From the NCBI GenBank assembly GCA_051294375.1, contig CM119266.1:411132-475131 (forward strand): a stretch of DNA of 64,000 nucleotides. The letters run 5' to 3'. Of this stretch, positions 27,235 to 39,416 are shown one piece after another. Both the position numbers and the translations under genes were made by a program. The notes beneath the pieces were generated by a model that saw nothing but the letters and a program-made list of their open reading frames with translations, searched no databases and was not told the origin of the DNA. Numbering within the stretch: the first letter of the stretch is position 1; every line of letters begins with the position of its first letter. The DNA comes from Paraspadella gotoi. Lineage: Eukaryota > Animalia > Chaetognatha.

Positions 27235-28601
27235 TCGCCTCTCAATCGATCTCGCGCCGACGTCTTTTGTGAATTATTAACAGCGGAACCTACCAAAGCT
27301 TCTCTAGTATATAGTTTATAACTAGATGAGAAAACCAAGGATCTCACTTTGAAACAATCAGACGAATTCACCGGAACTAACTTGACTCCATACGTCTTTT
27401 GTTTAGAATCTACTTTAGAATTTCTCCGATTCCCCTCCTGGAATCACAATCAGTTTTGTTCCTTTAAAAAAAATCAATTTTTCCGAAATCGACTGTAGTA
27501 CGGTTTTAGGGGTTGGTAAAAGTATTGCAGATTTAGCTTAATCTTATGTTCTGTATCGACCGAAATTGTTTGATATTTATTTCTCTGATTCTGTTTCTAC
27601 ATTCCAATAATGTTTTTAAGCTTTTTTTTTCGAGAGATTAGATGAAAATAAAATCAATGCCCAAACTGTTTTTTATTTCTTCAGATTCTTAGCTTGTTTG
27701 GGAAAAATACAGTGAAATTCGTACGCTTAACTGTAATACGAGATAAAAAATAATTGTACTACAAACTGCGCTCAATGCTATTGACAATAGACAATCTCAA
27801 CTAGCCGACCAAATTCAAATTTTAATGGGAACAGCATTAAAGAAATCCATTATTGGTATTAGTTATTTTGCCAAAATATTTTTCTCAAAAATGTTCCGAA
27901 AAAGTATTATATTGTTATATATTTTTTTATAAATTTTACTTTTTATAACTGATTCTGATAGAGCTCAAAAAGTTATATAAAAAATGTAATTACCACTTTT
28001 TAAAATTTTTATGTTTTATGATTGAAAATTAGCAAAAACTTTTAAAATTATCGTAAGATGATGATGATTTTTTAAGGTTTTTTCAATTTTTACCTATTTA
28101 TCATCAAAATATTGAAAAAAAATTAAACTTTGTGTGTAGACAACTTTTTATAAGCTATCCGAATCTGGTACAAAATTCACAAAAATTTTTGACATTTCCT
28201 ATATATAAATAAATATTTAAAAAATAATTACTAGTGCTTCGAGCCATTTTAAAAAATTTTGGCCCATTCTCAGAAATGTCTGAAGTTTTATTTGGGAAGG
28301 TTCCCAAATCAAATTTCCGACCCACCCCATTGACATAGATTGACCCTATCTAAAGTGAACAACCTCTGCACCGCAGACAGCTGTCTGCAGTTGTGAGAGT
28401 CGAGAATGAAAGAGAGATAAAAATAATAAGGAATCAAAATCGAAGTCGCCAACTCGGTCGAATCCTGTTTGCAGCTTTCGATTCCCACCCGAGTCCAACT
28501 TCAACCAAAGACGAAATCTCTCGCCAAAAACAGATTCGGTTTTTTAAATTGCCTGTCACCTCGCTTGCCGACTCGTTCTCTGAAAAACAGAGAAAAGTGA
28601 C

Positions 28602-31600
28602 ATGAAGTTTCAATTTTCGATCGACAGGGGCGGAACCTTCACTGATGTATTTGTCCGTACTTTTGAGGAGAATGTCGACGGTGATCGGAAAACAGTTTCA
28701 ACAAATACGCGCGTTTTGAAACTTTTATCCGAAGATCCCGGTAATCAATTTTTTTTTTTTATTTTGATACTTTCATTTGGGATCGATATCATTTGTGATT
28801 AATTAGTAAATTAGATACTAAATTCAACCTAAACTTTCATTAAATCATGAATTGTGTTGAATTATTTTCTCCATAATGAGCAATTCGTTCCCACACATTG
28901 GCCCTTAAAAACAGCCAACTATCCAGATGCCCCACGGGAAGCAATTCGCCGAGTGTTGGAGGAGGAGTTGGGCGTCAAGATCCCCGGATCGATGCCCGTC
29001 CCCACAGAAGCCGTCGATTGGATTCGCATGGGTACCACCGTCGCCACCAACGCCTTGCTCGAGCGCCAGGGAGAGCGTATGTCCTTGGTCATCACTAAAG
29101 GCTTCAGTGACCTGCTTTTCATCGGTAACCAATCTCGCCCGCGAATCTTCGATCTGTCAATCCAGACGCCGGAGATGCTGTACGAGAGTGTGGTTGAGGT
29201 GGAAGAGAGGGTGGTGCTGCGGCAAGAATCTTGTCGATTAGAGGGACATAAATCCGCACGGAAGGCGATGGGCGTTACGGGCGAAGAGGTGGAGATATGG
29301 CGGGAAGTGGACGAAGAGCGGTTGCGGCGCGATCTGGAGAGCTTGTTGGCCAAGGGCGTCCGCAGCCTAGCCGTGGTGTTACTGCACTCGTTCATCTACC
29401 CTGAGCATGAGCGACGTGTCGGGGCTATGGCGACCGAAATGGGCTTTAATCACGTTTCGCTCTCCCATCAGGTAATGCCCATGGCGCGATGCGTACCACG
29501 TGGGTTCACCACCTGCGCGGATGCTTACCTGACGCCCTGCATTCGAAAGTACGTGGATGGGTTTAAGCGTGGGTTTGAGGGCGGTTTCGTGGGCCGGAAA
29601 CTCTTATTCATGAAGTCGGACGGCGGGCTGACGCCGATGGAGAATTTCAACGGGTCGCGGGCGATCCTCTCCGGCCCCGCAGGAGGTGTTGTGGGCTACG
29701 CGATGACCGCCTACAGCGAGGAGGAGCGCGACGCTAGCGGCCAACCTAGCGCAGTCATCGGCTTCGACATGGGCGGCACCTCTACGGACGTAAGCCGTTT
29801 CGATGGCGAATTCGAGCACACCTTCGAGACGGTGACGGCCGGCGTCGCTATTCAAGCTCCACAGCTTGATATCAACACCGTCGCGGCCGGCGGAGGCTCG
29901 AGGCTTTTCTATCGCGCTGGTCTTTTCGTTGTGGGGCCTGAAAGCGCGGGAGCGCATCCGGGCCCAGTTTGTTATCGAAAGGGCGGATCCTTGACCGTCA
30001 CCGACGCCAATCTCGTGCTTGGTCGGCTCCTCCCCGATTTTTTTCCCAAAATTTTTGGCCCGAATCAGGATCAGCCGCTCGACAAGGACGGCTCAGTTCG
30101 GGCTTTTTTCGAATTGGCCGACAAGGTCAACGTCAACTCGAAAGAGAAGTTGTCGGTCGGCGACGTCGCCTTGGGGTTCATTCGTGTGGCTAACGAAGCT
30201 ATGTGTCGACCCATTAGGGCCCTTACCCAGGCAAAGGTATTGTTGACTGACTGGATGGGGTAAAAAATAATTAGTGTTTAGGAATAAAAACACTTAAAAA
30301 TGCATATTAAAATTAATTCTTCATGGTTAAGTTATAATCTTTCTTACGCCTCAGGGCTATGACACTTCCCGCCACGTGCTTGCTTGCTTCGGCGGCGCCG
30401 GCGGTCAGCACGCCTGCGAGATCGCGCGAGAATTGGGCATGAAGACGGTATTCATACATCGCTACGCCGGGATCCTTTCCGCCTACGGGATCGCACTCGC
30501 CGACGTCGTCCACGAGGCCCAAGAGCCCTGTCACTGTCAGTACGAGGAGAGCAACTTCAAACTCCTCGACAAACGGTTGGACGAGTTGACGAAAGCCTGC
30601 GCGGAAGAGTTGAGGCGTCAAGGTTTTGAAGACTCGCAGATAGAAACGGAGACGTTTTTGCATCTGCGGTACGAAGGGACGGATTGCGCGTTAATGTGTC
30701 GGGGTCTTACCGACTCGAAGGAGGTGTCTGGAGCACCCTCAACGTCCACCAACCACGGAGACTTTCGGACCACATTTCTTGATCGCTACCGGCGCGAATT
30801 CGGTTTTACGATTCCCCGTCGCGAAATCGTCGTTGACGACGTTCGGGTCCGCGGCGTCGGCCGGTCCGGCGCTGCAGTTGAGATCGAAGCGATGCCGCGA
30901 AAGAAGCCGCTGCAACCCATAGCCAAGACGCCGGTGACGTTCGACGGCGCGTCTTCCGGCCAACGCGGTGCCGTCGAGTTGGACACGGAAGTCTTTCTTT
31001 ACTCGGACCTGCGGCGCGGAGATTTTTTTACCGGCCCCGCTATCGTCATCCTCGACACTTGCACGGTCCTCGTCTCGCCTGGTTGCAGCGCCGTCGTCAC
31101 GCGGACGGGCGATTTGCGAATCGACGTGGGCGACGCAGCACGGCGCCGCGTGGGTCCACAACTCGACGCCATTCAACTCTCCATCTTTTCCCACCGCTTC
31201 ATGTCCATCGCGGAACAGATGGGCCGGGTCCTTCAGCGTACCGCCATTTCCACCAACATCAAGGAACGACTGGACTTTTCCTGCGCTGTTTTCGGTCCTG
31301 AGGGCGGCCTTGTCGCCAACGCTCCGCACATTCCCGTGCATCTGGGCGCCATGCAGGAGACGGTCCAGTACCAGATCCGATCGTTGGGCGACGATTTGAA
31401 GGAGGGGGACGTAATTCTGAGTAACCATCCCTGCGCCGGTGGGAGTCACCTGCCGGATCTAACTGTCATCACTCCGGTGTTTTATCGGCCTCCGGGAGCA
31501 AAGGCATCGCTGCCAAAGCCAGTGTTTTTTGTGGCAGCCAGGGGACATCACGCCGACATCGGGGGAATTACGCCAGGTTTTTCTTTGTTTCTTGTGTTTC

Positions 31601-33778
31601 AAATTAGATTTTTCTTTTACAGATTTATGAATATGAATATTAATAATATATTATATTGGTTTTACCAATTTCAATATAATAAAATTATACAAGTAATTTA
31701 AGTCTTAAAAATATAATCTGACGAAGAAATCTTTTAAAACGCAAATAAAGATTAGGGATTTATCACCTAACACCCTCCCGCCCAGGTTCGATGCCTCCTC
31801 ACTCCAAGACCATCTTCGAGGAGGGCGCCGTCTTCAAATCTTTTAAACTCGTTCGGGGCGGTGTCTTCCAGGAAGAGGCCGTCACCGAGCGTCTCATGGC
31901 GCCGGCCAACTACCCCGGATGCTCTGGATCGCGAAACCTTACCGATTGCCTCTCGGATCTGCGCGCGCAAGTGGCCTCTAATAAGAAGGGCATCGGCCTG
32001 GTCACCGAACTCATAGACGTGTACGGTTTGGACGTCGTACAGGCCTACATGAACTTCATTCAGGTGAGGGAAAGATCCATACGTAGTGGAAAAAGGTTTC
32101 ACAAATAAATTATGGCAACCGGGAGACATGTGCGATGCCCGCGGTGTGAGGTATCTCCCGACAGCTGGCGCTCAGGGCTTTGGACCTGCAGTGACCACCC
32201 CATGTCACTGGCGAGTTTAATGTTTATGCCGACACCATCACACTTTAACCAGCGTGACCGTGAGGGGATTAAACCCGGAACTCACGGTTGGTGAACGAGT
32301 GCTTAGCTGTCCAAGCCAATGGGACTAGCTGGGTTTCACAAAGCTATACGGGATGCTAATTCGCCACAAAATAATTAAATTCCACGCTCCAGGAAAACGC
32401 CGAGCTGGCCGTGAGGGAACTTCTGAAGGAAGTCGCGTCTAAAGCTCCAAGTTTTTCTTCCGACTCCGGGACCACCGTTCTCACAGCCTCCGACTTCATG
32501 GACGAGGGAGCCGAGATCAGGCTTCGGGTCGAGATTGACGGCGTTGATGGCAGCGCCGTCTTCGATTTTACCGGCACTTCGCCGGAACAAGGTGGCAACA
32601 CCAACGCCCCTCGCGCCGTGACCCTATCGGCCACCATCTACTGCCTCCGATGCATGGTGGGCTACGACGTACCTCTCAACCAGGGCTGCCTCAATCCGGT
32701 TAAGATCATTATCCCTAAAGGCAGCCTTCTAGACCCCTCGGACTCGGCCGCCGTCGTCGGTGGCAACGTTCTCACGTCGCAAAGGATCGTCGACGTTATA
32801 TTTAAGGTGAAAGAGTCAATCGTCATGGGCAAATTTAAAACAAATGACTAAAGTATTACCAATTAGTTTACAAAAACGTAGTTTTTTATTTTATTCTATA
32901 AAGAAGTTATTTCTTATACGTAGTTCTTATGAGCGGCGTTTATGTCGACGGGAGTTTATGTCCAACAGTTCGTTTCTTTTGAACTTACTTTTTCGATTAT
33001 ATTAATTCATATTATATATGATAATGATATTTGAAATGAATTTATTTTAAAAAAAATTTAAATCTTCTCACGTTTAAGGCATTTGAAGTGTGCGCCGCTT
33101 CCCAAGGTTGCATGAACAACATCACGTTCGGAGACACAGAGGTAAAACTTCTTCTCTTTGTTCATTTTGTTCTTTTCTTGAATTTTTTCTGCGTGATGTG
33201 TATTTTAGTGGCATTCGACTATCATCCTCCAAAACTCTTAGGTCGGCTACTACGAAACCGTAGCTGGCGGTGCCGGCGCTGGTCCCACGTGGCGCGGCCA
33301 CAGCGGAATCCACACCCACATGACCAACACCCGCATCACTGACCCGGAGATCGTCGAGCGACGTTATCCGGTCGTCCTCGAGCGGTTCCACTTGAGAAGC
33401 AGAACCGGGGGCGACGGCCAAAACCCCGGGGGTGACGGTGTTGTTCGCGAGATGCTCTTTCGTCGCCCTCTCACCCTCTCCGTGCTGACCGAACGCCGGG
33501 TCCTCGCCCCTTACGGCTTAAAGGGCGGCACGTCCGGCGCAAAGGGCCGCAACACGCTGGTCCTGGCCGACGGCTCGGTCCGCGATCTCGGAGCCAAGGC
33601 GTCAGCGGATGTCGGACCAGGAGACGCCTTCGTGCTGGAAACGCCGGGTGGAGGCGGCTGGGGAGAGCCTGGCACGAAGATTGAGGACATCAGCGCGAAC
33701 TTGGAGCAAGGGTCGTTCAAGGCCTTTGAGGCGGGCGGCTCGGTCTTTCGGTTTCAGATGATGCAGGAGTCTGCGTAG
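28602..33778 (+). CDS. OPLAH: ATP-dependent 5-oxoprolinase, 7 coding exons
   Basis: Motifs [67 protein letters not shown] and ETPGGGGWG. Exons at about 28602-28741, 28915-30236, 30355-31577, 31785-32063, 32393-32806, 33079-33141 and 33242-33778. Confidence 0.97.
32106..32331 (-). mobile_element. tRNA-derived SINE in OPLAH intron 4
   Basis: 11-bp TSD GGTTTCACAAA at 32095-32105 and 32332-32342. Minus-strand head has A-box-like TGGCTTGGACAG and B-box-like GGGTTTAATCCC. Short AT-rich tail. Confidence 0.8.
32164..32253 (-). ncRNA. Twister ribozyme motif (type P5 permutation) inside the SINE
   Basis: Minus strand: P5 GCUGG/CCAGC, L1 GAUGG, P1 UGU/ACA, UAA, P2 ACUC/GUGU (one mismatch), GCC, P3 AGUGAC/GUCACU, G, P4 CAGG/CCUG, loop UCCAAAGC. 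Confidence 0.7.
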
Positions 33779-34036
33779 TGCGTTGAGGGGAAGCGTTTTG
33801 AGAAGTTTAGGTCATGAAAACCTTAAATATTAATTAACATGTGCGAAAGTTAGTTAAACTTATAATTTACCTGCATCGAGATTTTGTAACACCGATATTT
33901 TTATAAGAAAATAAAATCTTTCTAACGCTTTTGAAACCATTTTTATTGGTCGAGGGTACTCAACTGATTTGACCTAGAGAAATGAAGGTTTGTGAAATCG
34001 TTTCATCCAATATAAAAAAAATCTTAAAAGAATAGG

Positions 34037-35840
34037 ATCGAGCCTACCTTCAATGATATCCAAATATTGATGCGATGATAACCAAAGGATTGTTGCGATG
34101 ATAACCAAATATTGATGCGATGATAACCAATAATTGATGCGATGATAACCAAATGATCGATGTGATGATAACCAAATGGTTAATATGATAATAACCAAAT
34201 GGTTGATGCGATGATAGTTATTAATTGATGTGATGATAATCATTCATTGATACGATGATAGTCATTTCATTGATGCGATGATAGTCATTCATTGACGCAA
34301 CGAATCATTCATCATAAATAAAACAAACAAATGCGTGTATGAGTGAAAGAGAGAAAGAGAGAGAGAAAGAAAGAGAATAAATCCACGAAAATCTCGGATG
34401 TAAATTTGGGATTTTGCATTGAGAAAAAAGCGCGGAATAAATGGCGATAATAAAAGTTAAAAAAAAAAAAATTCAAAATTTATAAAAAAACGATCACGCA
34501 AGAGATCACACAGAGAGAGAGAGACAGAAAGAGAAAAAGAGAGACAGACAGAGACAGAGAGAGAAAAAGAAAGAGAGAGAAAGCTGGACAGCCGCTGGAA
34601 GGCAGCTGAACAGTCACTGCAGAGCCTGAACTCGTTTTTAAAGGGTTTAAAAAAGGCGGCAACTAACAAAAATATGTAGATGGCCCAGGATGGTGCCATC
34701 CAACGTGATAACAGAAGTGAAGTTGGCGCTGACGTTGGCGCTGTTTCGTGGCTGACTGATTGTTTATAGTTTGTATAAAAGCATTGATAAACCAACTTTC
34801 TTGGTTAAAGGAAGTAAAACCTTAATAAAATAATCAAAGCATATAGATATTCCATAGGCTATGCAGCATATGCAATATCTATATATAAAGCTACAAACAA
34901 TAAAAAAAGCAATCAATTAATTAATCAATTAATTAACAAATAAAAGTAATATTCAATAACAATTATAAATTAGTTGATGAGATGTTCCAGTTATTTATTT
35001 CCCCAATTATGCTTCTTTTAAGCAGATGGAATAAAGAAGGGAAAATCGGCAGCGGACAGCTTATCCAGTTACTTGATAGTTCTTTTGTTTCAAAAGGTTT
35101 AACCATAAAAGGTTTCCAAGTAGATATCCGCATATGTTACAAGTGGCGGACTCTGGCCGAGTCTCAGCTCAGCGGCTGGAGAATCTGGGGTTCAAGACCA
35201 CAAATATATAATAATATATATAATTTAAAAAAATAAAAGAAAGGAAAAAAAATATTATAATTGTTTACAATTTGAAAATTTTACATTTTTTTCCAATCAT
35301 AGTTTGTAAAAGATTTTATTTTTATTTGTATTAAAATTAAGATATAGCTTCTCATTAAAAAGGTCTTTTGATTTCACATGTTTTTTATTGATTCAAAGAT
35401 TTGTTTATGAATTTGATCTTCAATATTATTTATTGCATTATGTAAATAAGATTAAACATTTCTATATATTAATTTAGATATTATAATGAGTACTATAATC
35501 TCATTTGCATATTGCAGTAAATCATAATAAAATGGAAATTCAAACTAAAAATACTTGAATCCAAATGTAATATGAAAATTTCAGAGCTATTTTAAGATGA
35601 GAAGCCATATCTAAATTTTTAACTTACTATGATCGCACACTTTTATAAAACTTCATTGTAAATGTAATTTATAATAATTTTTATTTAAAAAAAAAGGTAA
35701 GACCCAGCTATACTATAAACTATAAAACTATAAAAACGTAGTAGTTTTTATTTATAAATGCGTGACGCCGACGACGACGTCACAAAGAAGCTCACCCGAA
35801 TCAATATCGAGCCTGAACCGGCTTCGCCGGTAGGCTCGAT
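34037..35840 (-). mobile_element. Helentron-associated/HINE-like element, family B
   Basis: Inverted ATCGAGCCTAC (34037-34047) and GTAGGCTCGAT (35830-35840). Terminal hairpin ATCGAGCCT-GAACCGGCTTCGCCGGT-AGGCTCGAT. Internal tandem repeats. Confidence 0.55.
34053..34310. repeat. Minisatellite with a unit of about 22 bp (GATGCGATGATAACCAAATATT-like)
   Basis: About 10 diverging tandem copies visible. Confidence 0.9.
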
Positions 35841-35846
35841 AATTAA

Positions 35847-36036
35847 CCATTCATTTAATAAATAACATATCTTGCCCCTGACGTCGGACAGAGAGAGTGC
35901 GAGAAAGAGCGAGAGCGAGCGCGAACACCAGCCTCACATACCTCATATGTCATTATTTGTAAGAATGATGGAGGCTTCAAACCACCAAAGCCTGTCCAAA
36001 GTTAGTGGCAAGATATGTTATTTATTAAATGAATGG
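35847..36036. mobile_element. MITE with perfect 30-bp terminal inverted repeats
   Basis: CCATTCATTTAATAAATAACATATCTTGCC (35847-35876) and its exact reverse complement (36007-36036), with TA close to both ends. Internal part recurs at about 61100-61165. Confidence 0.75.
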
Positions 36037-38075
36037 ATAATTTTTATATAGGTTGTACCAATTTCATACTCAAGACAGGCTCTTATATTATGGTCAAAGA
36101 TTTAATCTCCCAATGACATTGTTTTCGGTTATCATTTTATTTCGAGTGACAATTTAAACCGAATCTGGAGAGCCGCTCCGACAGTGAACCGAAAAACCAA
36201 GTCCATCCGTTTTTTTCTTTTCTTCGCTTTTGATGGGCGATTTAATTGAAGACGGACTTTACGACTCTTCGCCCCCCGTCAGCGTCAACCGCATTAATTG
36301 AGAGAGTATTTACTAGATTTTTTTCTTCAATAAATTCCTAGGCACGATTCTTTCGCTTGGAAAGTTGTACATTTAGCCGCCTCAATACTTCGTGTTTCAC
36401 CGTTTCTTGTCAGAGATTTTCGTTATAAGAATAAAATTTAATTTTAATAAAAATGACGGTTCACGGACATATTTTTTACCAATTAACTAGGCGGAATCTC
36501 TTTTTGCCTTTGAAGTGAAGTTAAACTTTCACGCTTAAAAAGCTAATTTGAAATTTAGATGAGGAAAGTTAGAATTTATCCGGTAATTCGCCAAGAAAAG
36601 AACGATTTCATCAAACTAAGTTTAATTAACTTTTATCGACTTTTTTACAAGGCATTGTCGCCTTTTACGTCGCAATCATTCTTCGCTTTCTCTTCCTCTT
36701 GCCAATTTCGAAAGGAAAGCTTTCTTTCAACTGAACCGCTTCGACAAATAAATTAGGGTTCGCTCCCACCATGGAACAGGAACCTTAAACGATTCCTGAG
36801 GTTTTAATCGCGCCGACTTCTCGCGGATATCATCCTTTGCTCGCTACGGTTTTAACGCAGAAACCGGAACCACACGTCGACTCGATTATCGAGGAAGCTT
36901 CCCGTCGTTTGTAAATTCGATTGATTTCAGAAGTTAAAAAAGGGCTTTTCCCTCCTTTGATTGTTTCACTATCAGTATCACCCTTAAACTTTAAGTTAAA
37001 GAACCAGGACAAGAGTTGAGGCAAATCTACCAAATCATTCGAACTTTGTTTTAGTAAACTTTTACAAATTTTACGATTTACCTTATAACATGAACGGACA
37101 TATTACTAGACATTGGAATTTTAAAATAAATGATAGAATGGTAAAAAATATATATATATATTTATATAGGTTGTTTAAATTTCATAGTTATATTCAAATT
37201 AATCTGAATACATTAAGGGTTTTAAAAGATGTCTACGCAGCAAGTTATCGACTTCTGAAATTGCCATAAAAAGCAGATGAAGTTCATTGCAAAGTGCTGA
37301 GGCTTCTTAACGTCGTATATAACCAAAAAGTTAAGAATATTTCAAATTCCCATTTTTTATGGGGAAAAAATATGTTATTTCTTTCGGCAGCTGACGCGAC
37401 GTCGAAATCTTGAATTTAGCCTCGACGAAGGTGGTCTCGGAACGAGAATCGATAGTTACACTTACAGTTTCGTTTACAACTTACAAGGCTCAGAAACGTT
37501 TTCGAAAAATGTAAACTGGACCTCCTAGTACTCCATTCATCGTTCATGGGGTTTGGTGCTCAATCCCTATATCTCCTTCGACTTTTCGCACTAAACGCAA
37601 CTTAACGAAATAACTGAAACATTCGCGCGCCCCCTCTTCAAACAGAACTAGTACAAAAGCGTCGATCTTTCCGGACCGTTCTAACAATTTTATATTTCTA
37701 ACTTCTGTCCCGACCGCATACCTCGTCTCAATTTTTGTTTTTTTAACTGCCAACCGTAACTTTTTTACTTTGACACCGTCGACGATGTCCCGGGCGAAAA
37801 CTTGATTAATGCCACTCGGGGTCCTGAGACGGCGTCCCCCACTGCCACAGACTCACCCCCTCGTAGTCTCCACCTTTCCGACGCCCCCCTCCTGTCTTAA
37901 ACCCCCCGTCGGCGTCGGCGGTCTCGATGAATAGAAAAAAAGCTCGGCGGCCGAAAGGCTTTCAAGTAATGAGATTCGCTTCAAATTGGAAAGACGTTAT
38001 TTACAGTTAGCAATTTTCAGATGATCGGCGAGGATGTGCTTTCATAAAACTTAAAGAATCTCCAATCAGCAATAC

Positions 38076-39416
38076 TACCCCGTGAGCCAAAACAAATGAT
38101 ACAAAATAAACCAATGCCGTATTTTATTGTATAGAGATAGACTTAAATCATTTTAGGGTAATTTTACTATTCAACGTCGGTAACCAACTGGTCGGTTCTT
38201 TGTTAATCCATTTAATTTTGTTTTCCCTCTAGCATCGAATCGCACTTTGCTCAATAATATACATTTTTTTGTTCAGTAATACAAATTTTATAATAAATAA
38301 TAAATGTTTTAAATTTATTTTAATTATTATTTTTATGTTTAAGGTAGAAAATTAATTGTTTACGTACAAGTTTTATAAAGAAACAAATTTCGGACATATT
38401 TCAGCACAAAAACAAATTTATTTGTGAAATAAATATTTTTACAGACTTTTTCTCTCTCTTTTTTTCCTTTCAAACTTCAAAGTCTATAAAAATATTTTTT
38501 TATCAAATCAATTCTTTTTTTATATTTATATATATTTTTGTATTATATTATTATTTATTTTATACGGTTAGCAATTGGGTTAAGGTTGGTTAGGGATTAG
38601 GGGTGTTTAGGTTTAAGGGTGGTTAGGAATTTGTAATAAAAAGCTTTTTACCCTTACGGTATCTTTTCTTTTTTTTTTTTTCTTTTTTTTTTGCGTAACG
38701 AGATTTCTTAATATGTCGCTCATAAGAAGCAAAAAAAAAAAAAACCGACTGCAAAATCCCGGTCGGTGAATGTAAAAATAAGCCTCTTTTTATTAAATAA
38801 ATAAATAATTTTTTGATTTTTTATGTATAAATTTTATTTTAATTCATCATTATTAACAACTTTAAATCTATTTTCCAGCAAAGGAGGTAAAATCGCCAAG
38901 TTGTTGGGACCTTGGTACAGATATAATTCAACTTTTTACCCACAACAAAGTTTATAAACTTTTTGTTGCCTGGGAGGGTTACGCTTCAACATTTATTGAA
39001 ATAATTTTAGCAGGCTGATACAAATATGATTAAGAATCCTTGTCTGTATCTAAAAGGATTATTGGCATGATGATGAAGACGGCTACTTACTGCTTAAAAA
39101 TATTTGTTTCACAAATCAATTTGTTTTCGGGCTGATGATGGCTTACATTGAATGCGAAAAATGTTCAAAATTTGTTTCTATATAAAACTTGTATGTAAAC
39201 AAACAATTTATTTTTTACCTGAAACATAAAAATAGCAATTAAAATAAATTTAAAACAATTATTATTTATTATAATGAACAAAAATTTATTATACTGAACA
39301 AAAAATAATGTAAATTATTTTGAGAAAGTTTAAAAACGTCAATGATATTTAAATCAAATTGTATCATAAATTTTATTAGGTTTTATTTTGTATCAGTCGA
39401 TTTGGCTCACGGGGTA
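38076..39416. mobile_element. Non-autonomous DNA transposon with long imperfect inverted arms
   Basis: TACCCCGTGAGCCAAA (38076-38091) pairs with TTTGGCTCACGGGGTA (39401-39416), and the arms stay similar for about 300 bp. A related end lies at about 52920-52949. Confidence 0.7.

Noticed and set aside
30739-31449. Long antisense ORFs opposite OPLAH, and similar ones opposite the zinc-finger exons
   Set aside because: Expected shadows of GC-rich coding exons, with no independent motifs.
39130-39170. CTGATGA...GCGAAA hammerhead-like string
   Set aside because: Stem II is only 2 bp, with no stem III or cleavage triplet; at best a decayed remnant.
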